A stretch of 64,000 bases of DNA from an uncultured Chthonomonadaceae bacterium (GTDB lineage: Bacteria; Armatimonadota; Chthonomonadetes; Chthonomonadales; Chthonomonadaceae), in contig CAWIEK010000053.1 in assembly GCA_963835065.1 (NCBI GenBank), positions 192,001-256,000 of the forward strand, read 5' to 3'. Shown here in pieces: positions 21,243-31,898 of the stretch (positions are counted from its first letter, which is position 1; each line of letters opens with the position of its first letter). The translations under genes were made by a program, and so were the position numbers. The notes beneath the pieces were generated by a model. It had not been told where the DNA came from and ran no database searches. It saw only the letters and a program-made list of their open reading frames with translations.

Positions 21243-21598
21243 ACCTCACCGATACTGGGCCTCTCATAGCCTTGCTTGATGACAATGACACACACCACCT
21301 CGCCTGTGTTGCTGTTGTACGCCTCCTGCCTAACAAGCCTCTGCTGACTACATGACCTTGTTTCACCGAAACTATGTACTTTCTGGGCGAAGAGGGCGGC
21401 TACCGCTACCAAGAGCGTTTATGGCGCTTGCGGCGTGAGGGAACTCTGGCGCTTGCGGAACTCACCGAAGCTGAAATTGATCGCATGGACACGCTGATGC
21501 GACAGTATCAAGAAATGGCGGCGGACGAGGCGCGGGAAGCGGAAGCATTGGAATGGGCGGAAGCAACGGTGGAGGATGTCGCCCATGCAGCGCGGTGA
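21239..21598 (+). pseudogene. PIN toxin remnant (internal TGA) fused to the tail of a MazF antitoxin
   Basis: LTDTGPLIALLD..D.HH, LLTT*PCFTE, then YQEMAADEAREAEALEWAE. Confidence 0.65.
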
Positions 21599-21908
21599 GG
21601 TCTGGTGGGTACGTTTTGGCCCGGCTGTCGGCGGCGAAATTCAGAAGGAACGGCCCGCCATCATCGTCAGCAATGATGGCGCCAACCGTTTTCTGAACCG
21701 CGTACAGGTGGTTCCCCTTACCGGCAGCACAGGCAAACTCTACCCCGGTGAAGCCAACGTTACTCTGAACGGCCAGCCGCATAAAGCAATGGCGGATCAG
21801 TTGACGACAGTGAGCAAGCAGCGCGTCATTAATCGAGAGGGCAGCCTTTCCACAACGGATATGCAGCAGGTTGAACAGGCCATCAAAGTTCAGCGCGGCT
21901 TGCCATGA
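21586..21908 (+). CDS. PemK/MazF family toxin
   Basis: MQRGEVWWV, GGEIQKERPAIIVSND, VVPLT, DQLTTVSKQR. Confidence 0.92.
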
Positions 21909-22035
21909 TACCAAGCCATGAAAAGATAATTCAACGCCTGCGCAAGAACTACAACTTGCCGCAGGCAAATTGGCTTGCCTATAGAGTTTCACGAGACGGC
22001 GAACTCGGTGAGGTGGCGCACTTCGGGCGTTGCGC

Positions 22036-22380
22036 ATGGGCGGCATAGGCGGCATCTAACGTGACTTGCCGCTGCGCCAGTAACTTGGGCGCGTCCCCCA
22101 AATGCACCTGTTCGGGCGTGAGCAGCACCAAGCCGGTATGGTGGCGGCGCGTGTTGTACCAGATGAAGTAGTTCTGGCAGAACGTCTGGGCTTCCTCCTG
22201 GCTGGCAAAGCGCTGCGGGAAGTGGGAGCTGTACTTCAAGGTTTTGAACCCGGCTTCCGAATACGGGTTGTCGTTGCTGGCGCGCGGGCGGCTGTGAGAA
22301 CGGCGCGCAGTTTGCGGAAGTTGGCAAGCGTGGAAGAGTACAGCCCTTCGCGGCGCAGCAACGCGCCCAACTCACCGGCT
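22036..22380 (-). mobile_element. IS3-family remnant (OrfA piece fused to integrase C-terminus), abutting an xisI 3' remnant at 21989-22035
   Basis: GALLRREGLYSS; SNDNPYSEAGFKTLKY...WYNTRRHHTGL..LTP.QVH.G; PEVRHLTEFAVS identical to the xisI end. Confidence 0.8.
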
Positions 22381-22488
22381 TAGAGCCTATCTCGATAGGG
22401 CTTGTCCTTGCGTCCGTAGGACGCTTACACTATTTCCTGTGCGGGATTTTGTCTCACCCTTTTGTGGCACACAGGGAAGTGAGCAGAG

Positions 22489-22605
22489 AAGTAGTCAGTA
22501 GTCAGTAGTCAGTAGAGGAACCTTCTTCTATAAACCGGTTGCGGTTGTAAATCTGTGAGTAGACGGGCATTTCTACTGACTACTGACTACTGACTACTTC
22601 TGGAG
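22489..22605. repeat. Heptamer-repeat inverted element
   Basis: (AGTAGTC)3...(CTACTGA)3 with core GAGTAGACRGGCATTTCTACT. Confidence 0.85.
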
Positions 22606-22611
22606 CAATTT

Positions 22612-23469
22612 ATGCGCGGTAAAGTGTGCCTGATTACGGGCGGCACGGGCGGCATCGGCAGGCAAACGGGGCTGGAACTGGCGAAACAGGGCGCAACCGT
22701 CGTGCTGGCAGGGCGCAGCGCGGAACGGGGCACGGAAGCCGTAGCCGCGATTCGGAAGCAGAGCGGCAATGCCGAGGTTGCGTTTTTGCAGGGCGATTTA
22801 TCCTTGCAGGCAGGCGTTCGCGCCCTGGCCGCAGACTTTCAGCGCAGGTATGATCGCCTGGACGCGCTGATAAACAACGCGGGCGTGGTCAAGAAACAGC
22901 GCGAACTTACGGCGGACGGGTTTGAAACGACGTTTGCCGTAAACCATCTGGCTCCGTTTCTGCTCACGCACTTGTTGCGGGATGTTTTGGCGGCAAGCGG
23001 GCGCGTAGACAATCCCGCCCGCATCCTCAACGTATCTTCCGCCGCGCATAAAGTGTTGTGGAAGGGACTGGATTTCGATAACCTGCAAGGCGAAAAGCGG
23101 TTTCGGTCTTTCCGCGCCTATGGCGCTTCCAAATTGGCGAACGTGCTGTTTACCCATGCCCTTGCGAAACGGCTGCAAGGCACATACGTTACGGCTTACG
23201 TCCTGCATCCGGGCGTCATCAACACGGACATCAGCCGCGAAAACGACACGCCGTTTGTGCGCCTCGCGTACCGGGTTTGGGGCCGTTCCCTGGAAGAAGG
23301 GGCGCGGACGTCCGTGTATCTCGCCACCTCGCCCGAAGTGATTCCCCTTACCGGCATGTACTTTGAGGACTGCCACGCCGCGCCCTCCTCCCGCGCTTCC
23401 TACAACCGCGACGCGGAAGAGCGCTTGTGGGGAATCAGCGAGCAGTTGACGCAATGCCGCTCGTTTTAA
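22612..23469 (+). CDS. SDR, retinol-dehydrogenase-like
   Basis: TGGTGGIG, NNAG, VNHLAPFLLT, YGASK. Confidence 0.92.
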   Translation: MRGKVCLITGGTGGIGRQTGLELAKQGATVVLAGRSAERGTEAVAAIRKQSGNAEVAFLQGDLSLQAGVRALAADFQRRYDRLDALINNAGVVKKQRELTADGFETTFAVNHLAPFLLTHLLRDVLAASGRVDNPARILNVSSAAHKVLWKGLDFDNLQGEKRFRSFRAYGASKLANVLFTHALAKRLQGTYVTAYVLHPGVINTDISRENDTPFVRLAYRVWGRSLEEGARTSVYLATSPEVIPLTGMYFEDCHAAPSSRASYNRDAEERLWGISEQLTQCRSF

Positions 23470-23701
23470 TTGCCTGCAAGTACCATATATTTGAAAGTAC
23501 ATACATCGAATTGGAACTGATTCGCCGTTGCTGCGTGAAATAGTCTGTTCGATACGCCTGCGCGGAACATGGCGGCGTTCAAAAGCGGTGTTGGGCATGT
23601 CCTAAACTTGATTTATTGGTCAAGGCGCAAAGTCAACGTCAATCGCGAGTACAAATTGAATCGCATGATGGCTGAACACGAAGCTGGAAAGGAAGATTCG
23701 G

Positions 23702-24976
23702 ATGAAAACTGCGGGGTTTGCATCGCTTACGCGCGGTTCGGCGCTGCTCGGCCTGAGCGCCTGTATTGGGTTTGGCGTTATTGGCTGCCGGGGCAAGTCG
23801 AACAATGCCGTAACAGTGGCTGACGGCATATCCGGGCAAAATACCAGCCAGAACGTCGGCGGAGCCAGCGCTGCTGTTTCGGGCGCAACAGTCAGCGACG
23901 CGGACGCGCAGCAGTTTACCGATAAAATGTCCCGCGCCATGAGAAGCAACGATGTTACGGGAATGTCCAACCTGATAGACGTGGACGCGCTGGCAAAAGC
24001 CAGTGTCGCCGACTTGAACATTCCCAACCTGGACATGGCCGGGTTTACACAGGGGATGCGCCAGTCCCTTGCCACTCCCACCGGCCTGCCCGCCCAACTC
24101 GCGCAAAGCATCGCCAATGGCGGCAGCGTTGACCTGCTGCGGTTTGTGGAGGTAGACCATCAGAAACGCGCCCGTATGCGCCTGGTGCATCCCAACAACG
24201 GCGGCGTCAACTACATTGATTTCATTTTGGGGCGCGATGGGGCGGGGCAAGTCGTGGCGCAGGATATGTACATCTTTTACAGCGGCGAACTGCTGTCGCA
24301 AACGGTGCGCAGGCTGGCCGTGCAGATGGCCGCGCAGGGAAACCAGAGTCTGCTGGAACGGCTCAAGGGCACGGAATCCGAATTTGTCAAGCATATCGGG
24401 GATGTAGAAGGAATCACGACGGCCCTTGCCGCCAAAAATGGCGGGGAAGCGGCACGGCTGTTCGACGCCCTGCCCGACAGCCTGAAACAAAACAAAACTC
24501 TGAAACTGATGCACATTCAGATTGCGGAACTGCAAGGGGATACGCAGTATACGCAGGCGATTGCCGATTTTCGCGCCGCCTTCCCCAACGACCCGGCCAG
24601 CGACCTGATCAGCATTGACTACTACCTGCTCAAAAAGCAGTACGACAAATCCCTGGAAGCGGTGAACAAGCTGGACAGTTCCCTGGGCGGCGACCCGTAC
24701 CTGAACGTGATCCGCGCCTACCTGTACATCACCGAAGACAAAATGCCGCAGGCGCAGGACGCGGCGGAAAAAGCCGCGCAGCAAATGCCGGATAACAAGG
24801 ATGCCAATACTGTCGTGCTGCTGACGGCGCTGATCAACAAGCGTTACGAACCCGTGCCTGCCGCGCTCAACGCCCTGAAAAAAGCGGGAGAAGCCATCCC
24901 TGACGTTGCGACAAACGAGAAGTACGCCGGTTTCCGCAGTTCGCCGCAGTACAAAGAGTGGCAGAAGATGCAGTAG
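23702..24976 (+). CDS. Putative lipoprotein with C-terminal TPR-like helices
   Basis: Signal peptide with VIGC lipobox; helical repeats. Confidence 0.7.
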   Translation: MKTAGFASLTRGSALLGLSACIGFGVIGCRGKSNNAVTVADGISGQNTSQNVGGASAAVSGATVSDADAQQFTDKMSRAMRSNDVTGMSNLIDVDALAKASVADLNIPNLDMAGFTQGMRQSLATPTGLPAQLAQSIANGGSVDLLRFVEVDHQKRARMRLVHPNNGGVNYIDFILGRDGAGQVVAQDMYIFYSGELLSQTVRRLAVQMAAQGNQSLLERLKGTESEFVKHIGDVEGITTALAAKNGGEAARLFDALPDSLKQNKTLKLMHIQIAELQGDTQYTQAIADFRAAFPNDPASDLISIDYYLLKKQYDKSLEAVNKLDSSLGGDPYLNVIRAYLYITEDKMPQAQDAAEKAAQQMPDNKDANTVVLLTALINKRYEPVPAALNALKKAGEAIPDVATNEKYAGFRSSPQYKEWQKMQ

Positions 24977-25004
24977 CCGCGTAAACAGCCTGATTGACGC
25001 TGAT

Positions 25005-25053
25005 GAAATCGCCCGAATGGTTCAACCGTTCGGGCGATTTTGCCGTTTGTTTT
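25005..25053 (+). terminator. Intrinsic terminator
   Basis: AAATCGCCCGAA...TTCGGGCGATTT followed by T-rich tail. Confidence 0.65.
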
Positions 25054-25118
25054 GCCTGAACGGTTACGGTTACGGGCGGCTTCTGCGCAGGGGGCGTGTT
25101 TTGCGGTACAATAGCCAC

Positions 25119-26541
25119 ATGGCTATTAAATTTTCAGAACCTACTACGGCGCACAATATAATTCCTTCGCAGCATACTGTTCCTTCTCCCAAAGGGCGCG
25201 TCAGCCTTATCAATTTGGGCTGCGCGAAGAACGAGGTGGACAGCGAGGAGATGCTCGGCCTGCTGCAAAGCGAAGGCTACGGCGTCGAGTTCGCCCACAA
25301 TAGCAAGGCCGTTCGCGCTGATGCCGACGTGGTTGTTATCAATACCTGCGGCTTTATCGAAGCGGCAAAAGAAGAATCTATCAACACCATTCTGGAAGCC
25401 TTGCAGCGCAAGGAGCGGGGCGAGATCAAAAAGGTGGTTGTGGCGGGCTGTTTGGTGCAGCGATATGCCAAAGAACTGGCGCTGGAACTCCCGAACGTAG
25501 ACGCTTTCATCGGCACAGGGCAAATGGGACAGATCGGGCAAGTGGTGGGCGACGCGCTGATTCGGCCCGGCCAACTGCTGCAAATCGGAGCGAAGCCGCA
25601 CCATCAATGGCTGGACACGCCCACCCGCGCCCGCATTGGGCAGTCCGTGGACGGCGTACCTGAAAATCTCCGAAGGCTGCGACCATGCCTGCACGTTCTG
25701 CGCCATCCCCAGTTTTCGGGGCCGGCACGTCAGCAAGCCAATGGAGAAAATCATTGCCGAAGCCGAACTGCTCGTCTCACAGGGCGTGAAAGAAATCAAC
25801 CTCATCGCGCAGGACTCCACACAGTACGGCTACGACCTGTACGGCAAAATGCGCCTGCCGGAACTGCTGCGCGAACTGTCGCAAATCAACGGCGTGCAAT
25901 GGCTGCGCCTGTTTTACTGCTACCCTTCCCGCGTGAACCGGGGCATCATAGACGCGATTGCCACCACGCCCAAACTGCTGCACTACATTGATATGCCGCT
26001 CCAGCACGCCGACAACGAAATGCTCCGCCTGATGCGCCGCCCCATGACATACGAGGGCTACCTCAAACTGCTGGCCGACTTCCGAGCCGCCGCGCCCGAT
26101 GTCGCCATACGCACGACGTTTATTGTCGGCTTTCCCGGCGAAACCAAAGAACACTTTGCCACGCTGGAACGTTTCGTCGAAGAAGCGCGATTTGACCGCG
26201 TGGGCGTGTTCGAGTATTCGGTTGAGGACGGTACGCCGAGCGCGGATATGGAGCCGAAAGTGCCTGGCCGCACCAAGCGAACGCGCAAGGAAAAACTGAT
26301 GGCGCGGCAGCAGCCCATTTCGCTGGCCTGTAATCAAAAGTGGGTTGGGCGCGAGTTGGACGTACTTGTAGAAAGCCGTTCGCCACTTGATGTTACCACG
26401 ATGATAGGCCGCAGCTTCCGCGACGCGCCCGAAATTGATGGGCAGGTGTACGTGAAAAAATGCGCCGCGCAGCCCGGTTCGTTCGTCCGCGCCCGCGTCA
26501 CCGAAGCCCGCCCCTACGATCTGGTTGCCGAACCTGTGTAA
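25119..26541 (+). CDS. rimO: Ribosomal protein S12 methylthiotransferase; frameshift near 25640
   Basis: LGCAKNEVDSE, NTCGFI, CDHACTFC, DAPEIDG, TRAM domain. Confidence 0.93.
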
Positions 26542-26558
26542 GATTTTGGGATAAAACT

Positions 26559-26798
26559 ATGCAGCAAGTTACTTTAGAAGAAGCCAAAGCGCATTTAACG
26601 GAACTGGTGGAAGCCGCCGCGCATGGCGAAGAAGTGTTTATTACGAAAGAAGACGGTCTTTCCGTTCGGCTTGTACTTCACCATTCTGGCACACAAGAAC
26701 CTGAGCGCCGGAAGCGTCAGTTTGGCAGCGCAAAAGGGCTGATGACAATGGCTCCTGATTTCGACGCGCCACTCGACGACTTCAAAGAGAATATTTGA
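26559..26798 (+). CDS. Orphan Phd/DUF2281-type antitoxin
   Basis: EAKAHLTELVE.A..GEEVFIT, RQFGSAKG, DFDAPLDDF. Confidence 0.82.
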   Translation: MQQVTLEEAKAHLTELVEAAAHGEEVFITKEDGLSVRLVLHHSGTQEPERRKRQFGSAKGLMTMAPDFDAPLDDFKENI

Positions 26799-26906
26799 AA
26801 CAAAAGTATTTGTGTGTAAAACAACAAAAATTAGTGGCGGAAGCCACTTGGGGCGGAATTACGTTTGTACAACTCGCATTTCTGGAAAGGAAATTGATAA
26901 TTACAC

Positions 26907-28589
26907 ATGACTGATATTGAAAACGGCACGAACGGCAAGCTGCAGATTATTTCGCTCGGCGGCAGCGGCGACATCGGCAAAAACATGCTTGCGTTTCGCT
27001 ATGAAGACACCATTCTGATCGTGGATTGCGGCGTCAGCTTCGCCAACGAGGAGCAGCCCGGCGTTGACCTGATTATTCCCGACATCACGTACCTGCTGGA
27101 ACACCGCGAAATGGTGAAGGGCATCTGCCTGACGCACGGGCATGAAGACCATATCGGCGCCCTCCCGTTCGTGCTGAAGCAACTGCCGCTTCCCCTGTAT
27201 GGAACGCCGCTCACCCTGGGCATGGTACGCGAAAAACTCAGCGAACATGGGCTTGTCGCCAGCACCAGTTTCAACCCGTACCCGGAGGGCAAAGCGGTGG
27301 AATTCGGGCCGCTGTCCGTGCGGGCAATCCATGTCACGCACAGCCTGCCGGACGCGGCCAGCCTGGTGATTACGTCGCCGGTGGGAACGGTCGTGCATAC
27401 ATCCGACTTCAAGATTGACAACACGCCCGTTGACAACCGCTTGTTCGATTCCAGCAGCTTTGCGCAGATCGGCGACAAGGGCGTAAGATTGCTGATTTCC
27501 GACAGCGTGAACGTGGAGCGCAAAGGCTGGTCGCCCTCGGAGCGCAGTTTGGTTCCCGTTTTTGACCGCTTCATGCGCGACAGCCTGGGGCGGGTGATCG
27601 TGGCGACGTTCGGCTCCAACCTGCACCGGGTTCAAACGGTTGTGGACACGGCGACGCGGTATGGGCGCAAGGTGGCGATCTTCGGGCGCAGCATGACGCA
27701 AAACGTGGCGACGGCGCGGGCGTTGGGCATTTTGCGCATTGCCGACCATCAGCTTGTGAAAGTGGAAGACATCGGCAAGTACCATCCCGTTGAAATCGCG
27801 ATTCTGACAACGGGCAGTCAGGGCGAACCCCTTGCCGGCCTGACGCGCATGAGCCGCGACGAGAATTCCAAAATTCAGATTGACAAGACCGATACAATCA
27901 TTTTGTCTTCCACGCCGATTCCCGGCAACGAGGATATGGTGTGGCGCGTGGTCAACCGCATCTTCCGGCTTGGCGCGACTGTGGTTTACGAGGCCATTCA
28001 AAACGTGCATGTGTCGGGGCACGGCTATCAGGAAGAACTCAAAATGATGATCAACCTGACCCGCCCCGATTTCGTCGCGCCCTATCACGGCGAAGCGCGG
28101 CACTACCATGCGTACCGTCAGATGGCATTAGATATGGAGTATCCGCCCGAAAACATCCTGACGTTTGATGTGGGACAGATGCTCGTTATGGACGAAAACG
28201 GCGTCCGCAAAGGCACGGAAACGGTTGCGCACGGCAGCGTACTCGTGGACGGCATTTCTACGGGCGGCGTGTCGGACGTGGTTCTGCGTGACCGGCGGCA
28301 TTTGTCTACGGACGGAACCGTGATTGTCACGATGACGATGGACCGCAGCACAGGCGAAGTGCTTTCCGGCCCGGATTGGCTGTCGCGGGGTTTCCTCAAG
28401 CCGGAAGACAGCAGCGAGTTGTTCGAGGCGGCGAGTGAGCGCGTGTGTCAGGCGGTGGAGGAACTCAACTACACGGAAGGCTCGGACGTGGACACGGTTC
28501 GCGTGACTGTCCACGACACGGTAGCCAAGTACCTGCGCAAGCGCACCAGCCGCCGCCCCGTCGTGGTTCCCGTCATCATGGAGATTTAA
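26907..28589 (+). CDS. rnj: Ribonuclease J
   Basis: THGHEDHIG, VTHS.PD, TGSQGEP, HVSGH. Confidence 0.95.
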   Translation: MTDIENGTNGKLQIISLGGSGDIGKNMLAFRYEDTILIVDCGVSFANEEQPGVDLIIPDITYLLEHREMVKGICLTHGHEDHIGALPFVLKQLPLPLYGTPLTLGMVREKLSEHGLVASTSFNPYPEGKAVEFGPLSVRAIHVTHSLPDAASLVITSPVGTVVHTSDFKIDNTPVDNRLFDSSSFAQIGDKGVRLLISDSVNVERKGWSPSERSLVPVFDRFMRDSLGRVIVATFGSNLHRVQTVVDTATRYGRKVAIFGRSMTQNVATARALGILRIADHQLVKVEDIGKYHPVEIAILTTGSQGEPLAGLTRMSRDENSKIQIDKTDTIILSSTPIPGNEDMVWRVVNRIFRLGATVVYEAIQNVHVSGHGYQEELKMMINLTRPDFVAPYHGEARHYHAYRQMALDMEYPPENILTFDVGQMLVMDENGVRKGTETVAHGSVLVDGISTGGVSDVVLRDRRHLSTDGTVIVTMTMDRSTGEVLSGPDWLSRGFLKPEDSSELFEAASERVCQAVEELNYTEGSDVDTVRVTVHDTVAKYLRKRTSRRPVVVPVIMEI

Positions 28590-28599
28590 CGGTACGTAG

Positions 28600-28752
28600 A
28601 AAAAGGGTATGTAGAGGTCATCGTCGAAATCTTGGCAATACAGCGCTTCCAGCCCGATGTCTCGTTGTGTCAAGTTGTAGGAGAGAGGCGTCGTGACCTC
28701 GTAAGCGTCAGGGCGAACGGGAGGGGTGAAACATAGGCTTTGCACCTCCCTT
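28600..28752 (-). repeat. Dispersed repeat element, copy 2
   Basis: Reverse complement of 4300-4449 with a few substitutions. Confidence 0.85.
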
Positions 28753-28930
28753 TTGTCTTGGTTGAGAGTTGAGGGTTGAGAGTTGAGAGGAACTCGAACT
28801 TTTAGCCTTCGCCTCTATGTAGACGGTATTCTACTGTTTAGACGGCTGTTTGAGGCATAAGGTTCGCTTTTTTCGCGTGGTTTGGCTCTTTTTGAGAAAT
28901 AAGGGCAAACCGTGAACACACCAAAAGAAC

Positions 28931-29176
28931 ATGAATACCCCGGAACAACAGATAAAAACGGATCGCGCCATGCAGCGGGCGCGTGAGATAATACGGCACG
29001 AATGGATAGAAGCGGGAAAGACTGAAGAAGAACTGGATAAAGAAGAGCAGAATTCTCGAACTCTTTGACGAGCTATTAGGAGAGGGACGCGAGCCGGAAG
29101 ACATTCACGCCGAATGGAAGGGCAAATCCACTGCCGAGATTTTGCATACCTACGCTGTGCCTACAGCAAGCTGATA
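28931..29176 (+). CDS. Small acidic hypothetical protein, frameshifted near 29050
   Basis: MNTPEQQIK...EEELDKEEQ / ILELFDELLGEG...AVPTAS*. Confidence 0.35.
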
Positions 29177-29226
29177 AAGCGCGTGTTCGGACGCATAGTT
29201 ATCGAGATTGCCTTAAGAACGAAGAA

Positions 29227-30207
29227 ATGTGGAAACAAACTGAAAACCTCGCAGCCCTTATCCCGCTCCATGCCAAGATTATCTATGAAGCCAACATTGA
29301 AGGCAGCCATGATTGGCAAATTGTTCGCTCTTTCGTTCGCTTTGATCAGGCAAAGCGTGAGGACTGGAAACCTATCGCATCCTTCACACTGGCAGGCGTA
29401 ACTTATGACAACCGCTTTCACAACCGAACAGAAGCTTTTCGTAAATCGGGTAGCGTCAGCCGTTATTGGGTAAAAGAAAGCACTGCGCGTACCCTTACTG
29501 AAAAGAACCATTTTGGTGTATGGGAAATGCGTGAGGGCCATGTTGTATTTTGGCAGACAATACTTCCAATTATACGAATAGAAAATGCCATACGCCCCTC
29601 CGCCAACTTGCCAATGTCATACGCTGATGAAGTAGATGCTGAGGTTGTTTACTATGAAGGAGCGGTTCGGCAGATAAAAGTTGATGCCTACGAGCGCAAT
29701 ACGCAGGCACGGAATGAGTGCATAAAACTTCATGGGGCACAATGTTGTGTCTGTGGCTTTGACTTTGGCAAAGTGTATGGAGAGATTGGCGAAGGCTACA
29801 TTCACATTCATCATTTGCGTCCATTGGCTGACATCAGGGAGCAGTACACAGTTGATCCGGTGACTGACTTACAACCCATTTGCCCTAATTGTCACGCCAT
29901 GCTTCATCGTAGGAAGCCGCCCTACAGTATCGAGGAAATGAAAGACATATTGGAAGCAGAACTCTTGCAAACGATCTATCAGGAGAAGCGTCCCGGCTTT
30001 CAAGAACGTTTCGATGAACTGAACGCAAGAGGGCGTACATTCACTCTGACAGCCGCCGAGCAAGAAGAGCGGTTACGGCTTGTGGAGGAGTCAGAGGCTT
30101 TCACTGTTCAACGATTACAGGCGCTTGTCGAACTGGCACAGCTTCGTCAGGTTTCTTTGCCTGCGCTGATGAAGCAGCTTGGCATCAAGCCTCCCGCTGT
30201 TGTATGA
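29227..30207 (+). CDS. McrA-like HNH endonuclease fused to an antitoxin-type C-terminus
   Basis: YERN, CCVCGFDF, IHIHHL.P, CPNCHAMLH; tail resembles 15798-16200. Confidence 0.8.
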   Translation: MWKQTENLAALIPLHAKIIYEANIEGSHDWQIVRSFVRFDQAKREDWKPIASFTLAGVTYDNRFHNRTEAFRKSGSVSRYWVKESTARTLTEKNHFGVWEMREGHVVFWQTILPIIRIENAIRPSANLPMSYADEVDAEVVYYEGAVRQIKVDAYERNTQARNECIKLHGAQCCVCGFDFGKVYGEIGEGYIHIHHLRPLADIREQYTVDPVTDLQPICPNCHAMLHRRKPPYSIEEMKDILEAELLQTIYQEKRPGFQERFDELNARGRTFTLTAAEQEERLRLVEESEAFTVQRLQALVELAQLRQVSLPALMKQLGIKPPAVV

Positions 30208-30426
30208 GTATGTTTTCAACCAGTACTGCAAACCCTACGAAAAACATCTCGGCAGCCATAAAGGACACAGACGGGGCAGTGAAGAATAAAGGGGCAAGGC
30301 AACTATCTACGTTGCTTTGCCCTTAAACTTTGATGTTCCACTCTTTTGATTCCTTGTGTTCTCTTTTCGTTTATTTCGTGTGTTTCGCGGTTCATCAAGC
30401 AGTTTACCCATAGGAGGTTCGTTTCA

Positions 30427-31881
30427 ATGGCGAAGAAGATAGCGATGATCGGCGCGGGCAGCGTCGTGTTTTGTAAAACGTTGATGAGCGACATTATGGC
30501 GACACCCGCGCTTGCCGACAGCGAGTTCGCGCTGATGAGTCCGACGGAAAGCAAGCTGCGGCGCATGGAAGCGTTCGGGCAGCGCATGGTGCGGGACAAC
30601 GACCTGCCCGGCAAAGTGTGGGCGACAACGGACAGGCGCGAAGCCATTCAGGACGCGGATTTCGTCGTCGTGATGATTCAGGTGGGCGGCTTTCATGCGT
30701 ATGGCGTGGATTACGAGATACCGCTGCGGCACGGCATTGACCAGTGCATTGGCGATACGTTGGGACCGGGCGGCATTTTCCGAGGACAACGGCATATTCC
30801 CGTACTGGTGGACATTGCCCGCGATATGGAAGCCGTTGCCAGACCGGGCGCGATTATGCTCCAATACGCGAACCCAATGGCCGCGAATTGCCTTGCGCTT
30901 GGGCGGGTCAGCAATGTGCCGTTCATCGGGCTGTGTCACGGCGTACAAACCACGCTGGATTTGATTGCCGGGTACTGCCATGTGCCCAAAGACGAGATTA
31001 CGTTTGTGTGCGGGGGAATCAACCACATGGATTGGTTTCTGAAATTGGAACACAAGGGGCGCGATTTGTACCCGCAATTGCGCGAATGTTTCGAGAAGCC
31101 GGAGTATTACAAGAACGAGAAGGTGCGGGGCGAAGTGTTCCGGCAGTTCGGCTATTTCATGACCGAATCAACGGGGCATCTGAGCGAGTACGTGCCCTGG
31201 TTTCGCAAAAGCAAGGACGCGCTGGATTTGTACTGCGACGAACCCGCGTTTGGCGGCGAATCGGGCGCGTACTACAAGTGGGGCAAGGCAATGGCGGAAA
31301 AGTACGCCGAAGTGGACCCGCTTCAATTTGAAACAACCGCGATTGAGGCTCGCAGCGTAGAATACTGCTCCTATATTCTGGAAGCGGTCACGACGGGCAA
31401 GCCGTTCCGACTGATGGGGAACGTGTACAACAAGGGTTATATCACCAACCTGCCGTCCGATGCCTGCGTGGAAGTGCCGACGTTTGCCGATGATACGGGC
31501 CTGCATCCGACCGTGATTGGCAATCTGCCGCCGCAGTGCGCCGCCCTGTGCATGACCAATATCAACGTGCAGCAATTGTGCGCCGAAGCCGCCCTGAGCG
31601 GCGACCCGGAACACATCGTACACGCGCTCGCCCTTGACCCGCTCACGGCTGCTGTGCTGACGCTGAAAGAAATCCGGGATATGACCGGCGAAATGCTCCA
31701 AGAACTGCGCCCTTACCTGCCGCAGTTTGAAGGCAAGGAATTGCGCCCCACGCCCATTATCAGCATCCCGGAAAACTGCGCGGCGGTAGACGTGCCGCTC
31801 GACCCCGCCCTCGCCATCGGCAAACGCTTCGGTACGCTGATTGAACAAAAAACCGACGCAGCCGAACCAGTACCAGCGTAA
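30427..31881 (+). CDS. Family 4 glycoside hydrolase (alpha-galactosidase/glucosidase)
   Basis: IGAGSVVF, GDTLGPGG, YANPM, GLCHGV, GINH. Confidence 0.93.
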   Translation: MAKKIAMIGAGSVVFCKTLMSDIMATPALADSEFALMSPTESKLRRMEAFGQRMVRDNDLPGKVWATTDRREAIQDADFVVVMIQVGGFHAYGVDYEIPLRHGIDQCIGDTLGPGGIFRGQRHIPVLVDIARDMEAVARPGAIMLQYANPMAANCLALGRVSNVPFIGLCHGVQTTLDLIAGYCHVPKDEITFVCGGINHMDWFLKLEHKGRDLYPQLRECFEKPEYYKNEKVRGEVFRQFGYFMTESTGHLSEYVPWFRKSKDALDLYCDEPAFGGESGAYYKWGKAMAEKYAEVDPLQFETTAIEARSVEYCSYILEAVTTGKPFRLMGNVYNKGYITNLPSDACVEVPTFADDTGLHPTVIGNLPPQCAALCMTNINVQQLCAEAALSGDPEHIVHALALDPLTAAVLTLKEIRDMTGEMLQELRPYLPQFEGKELRPTPIISIPENCAAVDVPLDPALAIGKRFGTLIEQKTDAAEPVPA

Positions 31882-31898
31882 GACAAACAGATTTAAAC

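Noticed and set aside
22489..22605. Repeat tracts as a CRISPR array
   Set aside because: Units are 7-9 bp with no unique spacers, and no cas genes are present.
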